Of a stretch of 64,000 bases of DNA, positions 48,990 through 64,000 are shown one piece after another. The translations under genes were made by a program, and so were the position numbers. The number at the start of each line of letters is the position of its first letter. The first letter of the stretch is position 1. The notes under the pieces were generated by a model. It did no database searches, was not told the DNA's origin, and saw only the letters and a program-made list of their open reading frames with translations. This DNA is from Thalia democratica (taxonomy: Eukaryota), in contig OZ241830.1 of NCBI GenBank assembly GCA_965202585.1, positions 26,350,001 to 26,414,000 on the forward strand. The letters are read 5' to 3'.

Positions 48990-51900
48990 AAAGACTCAAG
49001 TATCATCGTAAAACATTTGCTTTTCCAAAGATTAAATTTCTTTCTTTTACATTAATAAAAAAAAAGTTAATGTTAAAATAAAGTCAGTTTTGCATGATAA
49101 AAGGTATCTCAAAGTTTTTTACATTTGTTTTAAACTTTAAACAATAAATAGTAATAATAAAACGAAATAAAAATTGAATTCACAATTTTACTTTATTTAT
49201 CATTTTTATGCCATAAGCTAAGCATTAAAGACTTGCATTTATACTAAAAAACAAATCAAAGTGGTCTAATAAATAGAAACGTTTCTTTTAGAAATAAAGT
49301 TATAACTTTTAAATTTATAGTTTGTAAGACTATTATTTTTTTTAATTTTTAAGTCTCATGTTATTGAAAATATTTCAAATACTTAGTTTATAAATTGTGT
49401 AGAGAAGTGTTTAATTATGAAAACATGTATTACAATTTAAATTGGTCAGTGATAAATATAAAACGTACTAAACTGTTTACGTACGTATGAAAAATAAAGT
49501 TTTATTAATTTTTCTTCTTTAAATATAATATTTTACTTTTATACAAATTAATAACAGGTTATCTCTTCCCATTTCTTAATTTTAATTTATAAACCTTGTA
49601 ACGTAGAAACTGCATTTAACGAAAATAAAACTAGAAACTGTGTATTTTAATAAACTTGGTTATAAAATTTTTAAAGCTTATCTTTTAAAAAGTAATTTTT
49701 TTAATTTCTTTTTTATTTTCAGCTACTACATATAAGTAATATACAGCAGGTTGGGTAATTATTTTAAAAAAGATAAGTAAGTATAAAAGCCCGACATGTA
49801 AGGATTTTGTCAATCAGTTTGTGGTTATTATCGGAAAAAAACATAATCTAATTTACTCATTTATAAATCATAACACAGTTCTTATTCACTAACCCGGATT
49901 TGGCAAGATTTTAGTGTAGACATGTCCGGATAAGCACACTCCTGGAAAACTACAAAAATTTCATAAAATAATATAACTGCTGTATATTATGCAATGCGTA
50001 ATAAATAATAAAAGCTCAGCTCACTTTTTTCTGGTGTAAACTTTTCCTTACTTTTAAAAATTTCGTACAAAGTCAACTGACCTGTCTATGCTAATCAGCT
50101 CGATAATAAAAGACTCTGGCACATTGTTTTTTTACCATTTTACAAACTTCTAGCTTCTTTTAAATTTATGTGAAACTCGTTTTATTTATTTTTTGATACC
50201 TTGTCGGTTTCTACCTGGTATGTTAAGTGCGTCAAACTTATATAACTTATAAATAAAATCAAGCAAAAAAATGTCATGCACCTCATCTTAAACAAAAATT
50301 GTTTGAATAAACAACTTTTATAATATATTTAAATTAAATTAATAAAACATAAAAGAAATATTTTACATTAACTGTTTTACATTAACATATCTAAAACAGC
50401 TTATAGTTCAATCAAATCTCAGAAAAACTTTAAAAGTTTAAATAACAAACTTCGAGTCTTATTTTTAGGCCCTTGTTTTATAAAAGTTTTCAAAACTGAC
50501 TTACTTTACATTCAAAGATTTTTGATAACTAAACTAGTTTTAAACAAAGTTTGAGGTAAGCTTTAGTAGCGTTAACACGTGATTATGATGAACTAAATTG
50601 CAGAATTTATGAAATCACTTAAAATTTTCTTACAGCATGAAAGCTTAAATATTTGCATCTCACAAAATTTATTGTGTTTAATACTGAAATTTGTTAGATT
50701 TTCTTCGTGACTGAAACTGTCTAGATAAGTGAAAACCGGATAAATGAACAAACACTGTACTATTAAAAAGCGTGTTTTATTCGAAAACAATTGGATAACG
50801 AACAAAAATGTGGTTTTTTAATTTACATTTAATTTGATTTGATGTTAGCCATCATCCATAATTATATCAAAATTAGTATTGTGTTATGAAAACGAATAAA
50901 TATTGAAATAAAAATATCTTATAAAGCGAAAATGAGAAAACTTTGAAATGCCAATATGTTGCGCAATGACGTTTTTAATAATCAAATTTTACAAATAGCA
51001 CATAAAGTCTAACCTTCGATAGATTACCATAAAACATATGATTGGTTATACAAATCGTTAACTGAACATAAAGTAAAAATTTTAAGTTGACGTTTAAAGT
51101 CTAGTTGTTTAGGTTTTATATATTCTAAATATAGTAATAATAGAAAAAAAATGTTTTACTACACTAAAAAGTATTAAATATCAGATGTATACAACTCAAA
51201 AATTAACAATAGTTAATAAAAAAATCATAAGCTTTGATTATCAAAATCATATCAATTCAAAACTTGAAAGGTAAGATAATTAAAAACGGTAATTTTTGTT
51301 TCGTGGTTAAACTACAATCTTCTTATTATTTTTTAGTTAAATTAAAACTTAATTACAACATAAAAACATGACACACCCTAAAACATGTTAAGTTTTGTGT
51401 ATTGATTTATTTCAAATAATTTAAAAGTTTTTTTATTTTTTAGTTTATAACTCAAGTTTAATATATTTTATTTGTTCATATAACATAACTTGTGTTTTAT
51501 AGACGTTTTGGTAAAAGTTAAAAACAATTATCAGCATTTGTTATACAAATACGATAAATGTGTTCAAACCAAAAGTTAAACCGAGTTCACATTTTAATAC
51601 TTTAATGTTGCTTCAAGCGTCACAGTTCTAGTTTTATCATTTAATATATTGTATAGTTTAGAAGTAATGTTATACATTATATATGGCAAAAATTTGGTCA
51701 TATTATGAACTTAATATAAGTTATTGTATTTATATAAGAAAAAATAATGTTATTGACCAAAGCTATGGTCAATAAATTTATATGCAGAAAGATTTTAGAG
51801 AAGATTAATGAGAAGATAAAGATTTTTTGTTTTTAATTTAATAATCCTCCAAAGCTACTTATTATTTAATGTAAAATAAAACCGCGTATGTTCTTCATTA

Positions 51901-52048
51901 GGTTATTCGTTTATTAGGTATTTCTTGTAGTTTTTACACAGCTTGGCCAAAATATTTTAGATTTTATTTGTGGATTAGAAAAAAGTTAAAGATCTGATAA
52001 ATTTTTGTCTGTTTGTTATCTAGTTTTGAATACATATGTGTTGTATAT
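48990..52048 (+). repeat. ~3-kb non-coding direct duplication, copy 1
   Basis: Collinear with 52580-55424 (offset about 3.6 kb at the start), roughly 85-90% identical by eye. Confidence 0.92.
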
Positions 52049-52579
52049 ACGAATATAAAGTTAATTTTATAGGCAAATATATTAATTTTTCAAAAAACAT
52101 TACACTTTAATGTCAATTATTTTCCTGATCTTAAAAGCTATCTAAAAAAAAGTTATTATTATTTTAGAGAACGCACCTTTGTCTTTAATTAGAAAAAAAA
52201 ATTGGTTTGGGCTTTGAATTATTTCATGGGGTCGCTCCAAAAATAAAGGTTTTTTTTTTTCATTATTATTGCCTTAAAACCAAAAATAAATATTTTTTTT
52301 TAATTTTTTTTTGATTTTCCTTAGTTTTCATGTTATTTAAATTGTTAAATAGTTATTTTATAAATAATTTTAATATCTTTCACGATTTGGCCCAAAGCAA
52401 AATGATGTATATTACACTATCATTTGCCTTGGCCATTTCCTAGATAAAAAATTAATAAAATGAAAAAAAAAAATAATAAGAATGTGAATTACAACAAATT
52501 CATTTAAATTATTTTAGTTTAACTAAATTTATTGTAATTCGCAGGCTTATTAGTTTATTTTTCATTTTATTATTTTTTT

Positions 52580-55424
52580 ATGTAAAGCCTTAAGTATCAA
52601 TGTAAAACATTTGCTTTACCAATGATTAAATTCCTTTCTTTTACATTAACAACTAAAACAAAATTTAATGTTAAAATAAAGTCAGTTTTGCATGAAAAAA
52701 GGTATTTCGAAGATTTTAAACATATGTTTTAAACTTTAAATAATAAATTGTAATAATAAAACAAAATAAAAATTAAATACACAAATACACTTTATCTATC
52801 ATTTTTATGCCATAAGCTAAGCATTAAAGAATTGCATTTATACTAAAAAACAAATCAAAGTGGTCTGTTAAATACAAACTTTTCTCTTAGAATAAAGTTA
52901 TAACTTTCAAATTTTTTGTTTGTAAGACTATAATTTTTATTTTATTTTTAAGTCTCATGTTATTAAAAATATTTCAAATACTTAGTTTATAAACTGTGTA
53001 GAGAAGTGTTTAATAATAAAATATGTATTACAAGTTAAATTGGTTAGTGATAAATATAAAACGTACTAAACTGTTTACGTACGTATGAAAATAAAATTGT
53101 ATTCATTTTTTTTTCTGTAAATATAGTATTTAACTTTTATACAAATTACCAACAGGTTATCTCTTCCCATTTGTTAATTTTAATTTTTAAACTTTGTAAT
53201 GTAGAAACTGCATTTAACGAATATAAAACAAGAAACTGTGTATTTTAATAAACTTGTTTATAAAGTTTTTAAAGCTTATCTTTTGAAAAGTAATTAATTT
53301 TTTTTTTTTTAAATGTCTGCTACTGCATATAAGTAATATACAACGGGTAATTATTTTTGAAGAGATATGTAAGTATAAAAGCCCGACATATAAGGATTTT
53401 GCCAATCAGTTTGTGGTTATTATCTGAAAAAAACATAATCTAACTTACTCATTTATAAATCATAACACAGTTCTTATTCGCTAATCCGGACATGTTTGGC
53501 AAGATTTTACTGTAGACATGTCCGGATAAGCATACTCCTGGAAAAGTACAACAACTTCATAAAATGTCATAACTGCTGTATATTATGCAATGCGTAATAA
53601 ATAATAAAAGCTCAGCTCACTTTTTTCTGGTGTAAACTTTTCCTTACTTTTAAAAATGTCGTACAAAGTCAACTGACCTGCCTATGTTAATCTGCTCCAT
53701 AATAAAAGACTCTGGTACATTTTTTTTTACCATTTTACAAACTTCTAGCTTATTTTCAAATTTTTTGCAACTCGTTTTATTTATTTTTTGATACCTTGTC
53801 GGTTTCTACAACCTGGTATGTTAAGTGTGTGTAACTTATATAACTTATAAATAGTCAAAAAAAAATGTCATGCCACTCATCTTAAACAAAAGTTGTTTAA
53901 ATTAACAAAAACTATAATATAGTTAGAATAAAATTTATAACACATGAAAGAATTATTTACACAAACTTTCTAAAACAGTTTATAGTTTAATCAAATCTCA
54001 AAAAAAATTTAAAAGTTTAAATAACAAACTTTAAATCTTATTTTAAACCTTTTGTTTTATACTGTACTATGAAAAAGCGTGTTTTATTCGAAAACAAAAG
54101 GATAATGAACAAAAATGTGGTATTTAATTTACATTTAATTTGACGTGATGTTATCTATCATCCATAACTACATCAAAATTAATATTGTATTATAAAAACA
54201 AGAAGCTATTGAAATAAAAAAATCTTAAAAACCGAAACCGAGTAAACTTTGAAATGTCAATATGTTGCGCAATGACGTTTTTAGTAATCAAATTATACAA
54301 AAGCATATGAATTCTAACCCTCGATAGATTACAAAAAAACATATGATTGTTTATACAAATCGTTAACTTAACATAAAGTAAAATTTTTAAGTTAACGTAT
54401 AAAGTTTAGTTGTTTAGGTGTTACATATTCTAAATACAGTAATAATAAAAATAAAAATTGTTTTACTACATCAAAAAGTATTATTTACTAGATGTATTTA
54501 ATTCAAAAATTAACAATAACTATTAAATAAATCATAAGCTTGGATTATCAAAACCTTACGTAACACTGCTTATAATATTAAGTGTTTCTAATGAATTAAC
54601 GTCGCTTAGAATTATAAATTAAAAGTTTATTGTAAAAATCATATCAACTAAAAACTTGAAAGGTTAGATAATGAAAAACGGTAATTTTTGTTTAGTGGTC
54701 AAACTTCAACCTTCTTATTATTTTTTTAGTTAAATTAAAACTTAATTACAACACAAAAAGCATAACACACCCTAAAACATGTTTAGTTTTGTGTATGGAT
54801 TTATTTCAAATAATCTAAAAGTTTTTTTTGTTATATTTGATAATTTAAATACAATATTATAACATAAATTAAGTTTGAAACACGTTTCGGTAAAAGTTAA
54901 AAACAATTATCAGCATTTGTTATACAAATACGATAAATGTGTTCAAACCAAATCTTAAACCAAGTTCACATTTTAATACTTTAATGTTGCTTCAAGCGTC
55001 ACAGTTCTAGTTTTATCATTTAAATATATTGTATAGTTTTGAAGTAATGTTATACATTATATATGACAAATATCTGGTTCTATTATGAACTTAATATAAG
55101 TTATTGTATTTATATTAGAAAGAAAAATGTTATTGACCACAGCTATGGTCAATGAATTTATATGCAGAAAGATTTTAGAGAAGATTAATGAGAAGATGAA
55201 GATTTTTTGTTTTTGATTTAATAATCCTTCAAAGCTACTTATTATTTAAGGTAAAATAAAACCGCGTATGTTCTTCATTAGATGGGTTTATTAGGTATTT
55301 CTTGTAGTTTTTACACAGCTTAGCGAAAATATTTTAGATTTTATTTGTGGAATACAAAAAAATTAAAGATTTGATAAAGTTTTGTCTGTTTGTTATCTAG
55401 TTTTTAATACATCTGTGTCGTATA
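52580..55424 (+). repeat. ~3-kb non-coding direct duplication, copy 2
   Basis: Lacks ~270 bp present at ~50480-50750 in copy 1, and retains ~85 bp (~54553-54638) that copy 1 lacks. Confidence 0.92.
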
Positions 55425-56054
55425 AACTTCACGTAAAAATATAAATTAGCTTGAAATATATTCAAGAACATAATAAATATCTATCTCTAAAACTTTGTTT
55501 GGATCGTAGGAAAAAAAAAGTTATAAGGCAATGAAATTTTTTTAAACTTAAATGTATGTTAGCAATAAAAATTCACCTGTATTGATTTTTAATGCCAAAC
55601 TCTTTTCTTTTGAGAATCTTTTCTTTTTTTAATTTTTCTAAAGTTTAAAATTAATAAATTTTAATTTAGATTTCAATATTAAATTTATTTAAAATAGTAA
55701 ATTTTGAACAGCAAAATTTTAAATTAATTTATTTAAAAGTACGGAAATTAAAATTAAAGTACAAAAAAAAAATTATATTTTAGCTAATAAAAAGCTAAAA
55801 GTAAAGGTTTCGTTTGTTTCGTTTAGTTTCCTGTTTAAGTTATTTTTCTAAAAATATCTCATGATTTCCTTACTAGTTGTTGGTAAATATTTAACTTGTG
55901 TTCTCGATTTCACAAAAGACAATTTAAATATTTAAATTTAAATAGAAAAAAAATTCTAAAAAAAGAATTGTTTTAAAACCCAAAATTTTTCATATATGAT
56001 TGTAATCAATTTAAAAAAAAACAATAATTAACAAACTACAATAACTTTAACAAA

Positions 56055-56550
56055 AAAATCAAAACTTTACGTAACACTGCTTATTATATTAAGTATTTCT
56101 GAAGAATTAATTTCGCTTAGAATTATTAACTAAGAGACAATTGCAAAAATCATGTTAATTTAAACTTGAATCGTAAGATAATTAAAAAGGTAATTATTGT
56201 TTAGTTGTTTAAGTTCAATCTTTTTATTAACTCTTTAATTAAATTATAACTTAATTACAACAAAAAATACATGACACACCCTACTACATGTTTAGTTTTG
56301 TGTATTGGTTTATTTAAAATAATCTAAAAGTTTTTATTTTGTTTCTCAGTTTAAAATTTTATTTTAAGATATTTTGTAAACTCTTACAACATTATTTGTG
56401 TTTTAAAGACGATTCGGTAAAAGTAAAAAAGTATTATCAAAATATTTTATACAAATACACAAAGTGTGTTCAAACCAATGTTAAACCGAGTTTATATTTA
56501 AGTTTTTTATTGTTTCTTCAAAAATCACAATTCTTTTTATTTTTTTAATT
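56055..56550 (+). repeat. Third, more diverged partial copy of the duplication
   Basis: ttacgtaacactgctta...catgacacaccct...gtgttcaaacca matches ~54550-55020, including the segment missing from copy 1. Confidence 0.8.
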
Positions 56551-59500
56551 AATAGTGAAGTTTTTAAGTGATGTTGTTTATTATTTAAGACACAAATCTG
56601 TATCTTGTTTTGTCAATAAAACTATAAAATTTCCAGTAACTGATTGTCTGAGTGTTTGATATAATTGAGCTTTTAACTATTTAGTTATGATTACGATTAA
56701 ATTTTTAACAAAAAATGGCTATAATAGAACTAAACAAAGGTTTCATTTTTAGTATCTTAAGTTAAAAATACATAAATATAATGTAAGTTACTACGGTTGT
56801 ACTGTGATAAATAAACATTGATCAAAGTTTAATAGTTTTGAAATCGCTGTTCTTAGACTAAGTTTAAGATAACTGTGCTTTAAGTAATCCGATCAGCTTA
56901 AATATTAAAATATTTATGGTAAAGTTGGATTATATTTAAATATACTATGTTAAACTAATCCAATTAAAACTGTTATGAACATTTCTAAGAACTAAAAGCA
57001 TATTAGTCATACTCTGTATATGTATTTAATTAGAAAAAGTCAGCGAAAACCACAAATATCTGTAAATTTTCTATTTTAGACGAAACGTTTTGGTATCTAA
57101 GTTCAAAACACATTTTGTTTCATAACATTACACTAACTCGAGTTTATATTTGCAATAAGCAGTTATATATATACAATAAAGTTTTGACAAAAAAGTAATC
57201 CACTTACTCATTTAAGTGGTCAAAAATAATACAAAGTATTATACAAACTTTTAAAATGCTTAATCTATATATTTCGTAAAAACTTGTTAATATATTCTTG
57301 TAAAAAGAAAAAGTGTTTACTTAAACTATTAAAATATTTTAATTGTAAAGTTATGATATTTTATTTTTAATTTTCTAATGTTAATTAGTTGCTAATATAT
57401 TACATAGTTTTTTTTATACTTGTTTAGTAAAAGAATGATAAATAATTTATTTATACCAGGAATTTGTTATGCAATTTCAAAGTGTATGCTAGTAGTTAAA
57501 GTTTAGTTTACGAAAAATTGTTGTCTTTTTGAAATGTTCCACTTTACTTTGTGCATAGGGTTTTCCAAACACCTGAAACTTTATTTCCATTTATTTTTGT
57601 TATACCATAATAAACACTAACGCTAAAAAAACTGAAATTAAGGTAACATCGAGCGAAAATGAAACTTGCATGACTTATTTATTTCTTTAATATTAAATGC
57701 AAATTTATCCTTGTTATAGAAAATGAAGATTGCTTTCTAAATAATAAATAAAACGGTTTGCTCTAAGTTTGTTTCTGTAATTAACATATATTATAAAGTT
57801 TTGCAAATTTAAGATTAAAATAAATACATAGAGAAAAGAACGCGAAAGTACAGATTACTACTGAAAAAAATAAAGGTTTTAATTAAATGACAGTAATATG
57901 TTTTATACAGGAGTAAATTAAATTTTAGATTAAAATTATTTATGATAACGTGCATCTATCTTAAAATTAACTTGAAAAGTTAATTAATTTTGATGTTAAT
58001 TTAAATATTAAGTGTATAAAAAAACGTTTTTCTTGTTAATGTCATAAATATCAGATTATAATTTATATACTAAAGATTGTTCAATAAAAGTAATTTCAGT
58101 TTTAACATTACATATCTTATATAAACATTAAGTCATGTTTACAGTTAATAATAAGAAAAACACATATTTTGTATTCTACAAGTATAGTTTAGATTTTGCA
58201 ATCTGGTAAATTAAATTTTTACAATACTCTAATTAAATATTTGTAGTAAATTTCATTGTTTAGCAAGTTTAAGATGAAACTAAACTAACAATAAAGTCGT
58301 TGTTTCACTCAATGCTTTAAAGAATTGTATTAGTTCTGACTTTTGCTAAAGTACATTATACTTTCGTAACCACATTAACTTAGTAGACACGTAATAAAAA
58401 CAATTCTAATTATCAGCAGCTAACTGAAACACTTAAACTTTATCTTGTCGTAAAAAGATAATAAACATGACATCCTAAAGTTTCTTTTTTTTTACTGTCA
58501 GTTTATTTTTAGCTAACTATATTTATTTTAAACACTAAACAGAGACAATTGTTAATGTAACACAACTTATACGGAGTTAAAAACTGTTAATGTTTGACTG
58601 AGGTACATAAAAAAAAACCTAAAAAATAATACTTTAACCTATTAATATATAGATAATAATTTTTATGTTGAAGTTTTATAAAATATAAAATTTTATGCAA
58701 GCTTAAACACTATAAAATCAGTTTTGTTAATAAAATTTTAAAATATATCAAAACTTCAAATGAAACAGCAAACTCTTTGTCACAACTTTTAGATTTTTAA
58801 TTAACTATAAAAATAGTTTTCAAAAGATTTATTTTAAGTGTCTGATATGTGAAAAAACCTAATATCAACAGTCATAATATATAAGCATAAAAGTTATAAA
58901 TAATGGTAAAAATCCTTCATTAACTAATATGCTCTATACTTTATTTGCTTCTTTTTATTTTTGTATAAATAACAAGTCTAAATATTTAGGTAATCAGTTG
59001 TTTTGATTCAAAGTGTTAAAAAAACTGTTTAGACTTGAATGTGTTTCCAATTTTAATCGAAATTATTTTAAGCAAAAATTTCAATTGTTAAATTAAATAC
59101 AGGTTTTTGAAATAGCTTAAGCTTTTTACTTATTTACTTATTTATTTAAAAAACCCTATAAGTGTTTTTGCATGCTACTTATTATCAAGATTACTAAGTT
59201 AAGATATCAACAGCAATTATAGATAATAAAAGTTTTTATTTTAAAACAGCTGTAAATATTAATTTTGTATGTATATATATTTTTTAAAGTAAACTTAACA
59301 ATTACTAATAATCTTGTATTAAAGTAAGTTTTTTTAAAAATTATTCACACTTGTTCATGACTACAGATATGAGGTAAAAAAAACGATCATAGATAATTGG
59401 ATATGAAAATATCCGCCTTTCTAGTTTTTTGTTTCGTGAGCATCTTCTAGTCTAGAATTAGAATTTAGTGTATTACAATATATAAAAATGAAACTAAATA

Positions 59501-62500
59501 TTTTTTACTTCTATGTAAAGCTCCTAAAATTTATTAAAAGTTTTCACAAATCACAATCAGGCTTTTTTTTTTACTATTTTTACTTTTAGTTACTCTCTTA
59601 GCAATAACTAAGTATTTGATGAAAGTTTGTAGAAACTAATAGTCATAACTATCCTAATCAATCAAAATCTATCAATTTCAAATTAGAAAAGACACATCAA
59701 AAAAGTTAAAATTACTTCTACAAAAGTGATTGATGAGATAAAGCAATTTGATTACGATGAGTATTTTGTAGACACCAAACAGTAAACATGTTTAGAAATT
59801 AGGTGATTTATTAACATTACGTAAAGAGGAAATCAATGTGTATTACAAAAAATTGTATAATTTAAATAGATTTTAAGTTCAGACATATTTATGAATTACG
59901 ATAAGTTACTTTTAAAACAACTTAATATGCATTTAATGTAAAATGGTTCATTTAAGAGCAAATGTTGAAGTTTCTAAAAAAACTCAAGAAGGTTAAAACA
60001 AATTTAATATTCCAATAAATTTATCCAAAACCATTTCTTGCCCTCACAGCTCTTTAGTAGATAATTAACATATTAAAAAAAAAAAAGTTAAATTACGAAA
60101 TATGTCATTTTAGTTTCATTTTTGCTCGTCGTTACCTTAATTACGTTTTTTTAGCTTCAGTGGTTACTATGGTAAATTAAAAAATTTAACAGAAATACAT
60201 TTTAAGGTGTCTGAAATACTCTTTGCACGAAATAAAGTGGAATATTTTAAAAGTAACTATTAGTGGTTGTAAAATATGTTTTAACTACTAGCGTACAAAA
60301 TTATATGAAAAAGCAACTTGAATTTGTAAATACAGTTTAGATCATTCTTTTACTAAACAAGAGTAACAAGGTAATTAGTTTAGAAGCTATAATTATCATT
60401 ATAATTTAAAAGAAAAACTTAACAACAAAAATAGTTAACAACTTTATACCAAAGTAACAAGATTAAGCAGTTTTAAAGTTTTATTAGTACCTTAGGCTCT
60501 TTCTGATCAACTAAACATGTATATTAAATAAAATTTTTGTAAAATACTTTATCATGAATATAAAATTGTTTGTTGCAAACATGAACTCAAGTTTATGCAA
60601 TGTTATAAAACAAATTATATTTTTAACTTAATTAGCATCATCTTTCGTCTAAAAAAAAACTATAGACTATTGTGGTTTTTGCTGACTCTTTCTTACTTAA
60701 TACATACATATGTGTGTTTTAGTGTATGAGTGTATATCATGATTAATATGCTTCGAATACTGAAAAACTTACATAACGACTTAATTCGATTAGTTCGAAT
60801 TGTATATATCTAAATGTAATCTAACTTAACCATAAAAATGTAAACATTCTAAATTGATCGGTCTACTTTAAAACACAGTTGTGTTAAAAAATTAAAAACG
60901 ATAACTTATCGTTTAAGTTTTTTTCTATAAAAAATATAGTATAAATATACAACAACTAAAAAAAATTCAAAACTTATTAATTTTTATTAGAGTAAATATA
61001 TCACCATACAACTGTAGTAATTTATATTTCATCTAAGCATTTTTAACTTATGAAACTAAAAAAAAAGATCTTTGTGAGAAAATTCATTTTAAAATAGATG
61101 AGTTTTGTTAAAACTTAATCGCAATCATAATCAAATAGCTAAAAGCTTAATATATAAAAAACTCAAACAGTTAGCAATTATGTCGTTTTTAGTTTTATTT
61201 ATAAAAAGAGAACAGATTTATACATTAAATAATATATAAAATTGCTTAAAAATTACAAGTTAAACTTAAAAAATAAACTAGAATGATTATCGAAACAGCA
61301 TTAAGAAACTGACAATATAGAGCTTGATTAAAAATTTGGTATGAAAAAGCTAATAAAATTTGGTAAATACTACTAGACGTGTTCCAAACAATACTCATTC
61401 TAAGTTCTTCAACAGCATATCTTTATTTTATTTCAGTTATTTAACAAACAAAATAAACCTTTTTTATTTTAAGAAATAAATCAATTTTAAAACTAAGCAT
61501 GTATTAGAATGTAACATGTTTTGTATGTTGTAAATTAGTTGTAATATATATAATAAGAAATGATTGAAGTTTAACAACTAAAATAAAAATAACCGTTATC
61601 ATTTATTCCTTCTAGCAAGAATTTAAGTGGTATGATTATTTCATTTTACATTTAGCTTAAAATTACAAATTACATCAACTTTTACCCAACGTTGTAAACA
61701 AAATTTATGTAGATTTTTAATAGTTAAAGCTTATAAATGTTAGTTAATTTTGATACTATTGTATTATGTCAACTAATATTAGAATAGATCTTATATATAA
61801 AATTATCTAGTGCTTTAAAACAAATTTGTTTTAGATTCTGTTTTAAATAGTTTATTTTTTGCGTCTTAAATAATTGAACGATTTTTTTTCAAATTTAGAA
61901 AACAAAAAAAATAATAACATTTGACTAATAAGTACATCATAAAATATATTGCTATAAAATATTTCAAACAGGAAACTACGTAAAAAGACTTTTGACTTGT
62001 ATGATAAAAAAAAAATGTTTTAAAAGTTTTATTTTAATTTTATACTTTTAATGAAATAACTCTAAAGCCACTGACTAAAACTTAAGATTTATTAGTAAAA
62101 CAAAAGTTACAATATGACAACAAATAAAACAGTTTAAATGTTATAATGTTTCTTAGCTTTTGTTAACTAAATAATCTAAACAGTTTTGTGATGTCAAAAA
62201 TACTAAGTAACTAAACTACATTAATTTTTGACTTTTTGCCTTCAAATTATAAAAACAAAGAAACAATAAGTACAAATTAAAAATCTATCTTAAAACAATT
62301 ACACAGCATAAGTATATGCTATTATACCTTTTATGTTATTATCCTTTAAAATTAAGTACTATTAAGTATAATGTCTTTACTTTCTTATTCATATGTGTAA
62401 AATTCCTTATAAAATTGTATAAATTTATAATATTTTGAAAGTATATTTATAAAACAAAATATAATGACATTACAACATTCCTTACATGCACACTGATAAA

Positions 62501-64000
62501 AAATTCCGTTTTTTAGTTTATATATAAATATAAAGTAAAACGTTTTGTGTTTAACATAGGTGCCTTTAGTTCTAAGGTGTGTTGCTTTAAGCTAAATTCA
62601 AACATTTTAATTTTTAAATTTTCTTTGTCTTACTAAATTACTATGGTTAATAATTTGTAAAAAAATATTTTTTTTTTATTACTTTTATAGTTATTTATTA
62701 GTATAAATGTTTTACTTTTAAAAGTGTTTCGATTCATTGATGATACGTTGTTATGATTTTTATTTATTTACTTATAATTTACTTAAGTTTATTTAATTAT
62801 AACGATAATTGAAAATTATGCCTGCACATTATGTTTCAATATTATCTACTTTTGTCTTATACCATTTTGTAAACTATTTACATAATTTTTAAACTATATA
62901 TTTTAAAAGTAAAATCTAATCGTGTTTAAAAATGTATATGAAGATTTAATTTAAATTAGTATATGTGTAATCTGATTTTCTTTCTTTATTCAAAACAACG
63001 ATTAATTTTAGTTGGATTAGTGTATTATGAGTTAAGCATTTAAATATCAGTGTGTCTAGTTTGTATAAATTTTGTAACTTATAAGTTAAATAATAAAATA
63101 TATTTATATCCCGAAAAATAAAAATCTTTTATAAGGCATACTAAAAAAAACATACTAAAAAAACTATTAGTAACCTTTGTTTTACTTTTATAGAAAGGAT
63201 CGTTGCATAAATATGCGCAACGTCGCGTCATATAATCAATAAAAACGTTTTTAACTTTTAAAGAATTTGCTTTTTTACAAGACTGAACATGCAGTGATCA
63301 AACTAAAATGTTTTCCGTTTAATAAGTAACTGTTTTTGTGTGTTTTCTAGTCTAATGTTTTTAAAGTATTATAGGTACAACTAAGTACATAAGATCTAAT
63401 GAAAAATTTATGAACAAAGCGTACTTTAAAGTTAATAAATATGTATGTAGGATCGATCCATATCTTTTTTTTTTTGTTGATTAATTACATTTAATAGAAC
63501 TAATTAAATAAAGTGTTAGCTAATAAAACTTAAGGTTGATATTCTTTTTAATTTAAAACATTTTTTATATTTAGAAAACATGTTTTTGGCTAGATATTTA
63601 TTAATATTTAAACATTTGGCATATCTTTAAAAAACTAAAAGATAACTTAAAATATTTAAACAAAAACCACAATCAACCTTAAAATATTATTCATTATTTT
63701 GTTCATTGTAAAATCAATTTGAAATATTTTAGAATTTTTCTAAACCGTTTATAAACCGTTTATAAGTTTGCGAAATCCATTAAAAGGTTTACTTATATTT
63801 AAATTTATAATACTTATGCCTTCCATGGTTAACCTAAAGAAGATATATTGGTAAGTTACAGTCTAGACTCTAGAAAATAAAAATCATCATGCATTCTTTA
63901 GGTTATTTTTACTAGAAATAATCCTAATATTTTTCGCTAGCTAGTTTTATTTATTCAAACTTGTCTTGCTACTTTTTAAAAACTAACTTAATTAGTTATC

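Noticed and set aside
50593-56548. ORFs 50593-50805, 53214-53405 and 56339-56548
   Set aside because: Not preserved in the other copy or copies of the duplication.
59640-60000. Coding-looking stretch (KVIDEIKQFDYDEYFVDTKQ; LGDLLTLRKEEINVYYKKLY)
   Set aside because: Broken by stops and frameshifts and not assignable to any family by eye. A BLASTx or HMM search would be needed before calling it a pseudogene or TE remnant.

Overview
Very AT-rich eukaryotic genomic DNA with GT-AG introns, most likely an invertebrate animal; the species cannot be determined from the sequence alone. Splicing was reconstructed by hand. It gives two intact, convergently oriented paralogous genes (562-4472 + and 39122-35399 -), each with 11 coding exons and 452 aa. 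Both encode a Gln/Asn-rich N-terminus plus two divergent homeodomains (HD1 with N47/N50; HD2 with Q50 and a 1-residue loop insertion). Between them lies a birth-and-death cluster of intronless, signal-peptide plus GPI-tail three-finger (Ly6/uPAR-like, CCxxxxCN) genes. Three copies are intact (8964-9356, 24659-25051, 28353-28742) and eight or nine are pseudogenes or relics, one interrupted by a 638-bp hAT-type MITE with an 8-bp TSD. Gene orientation flips at a 1.6-kb near-perfect palindrome (31714-33330), so positions 0.5-39 kb form a mirror: HD gene ->, <-Ly6s, palindrome, Ly6s->, <- HD gene. The Ly6 loci share an upstream inverted-repeat motif (ATGYAAT-N8-ATTACAT). Other features are an 884-bp near-identical triplication, a 90-nt intronic hairpin, a candidate 21-nt micro-exon, and about 25 kb of apparently non-coding DNA (39.2-64 kb) containing a ~3-kb direct duplication. 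No tRNA, rRNA, CRISPR array or autonomous transposase was recognised. Identity values are by-eye estimates, not computed.
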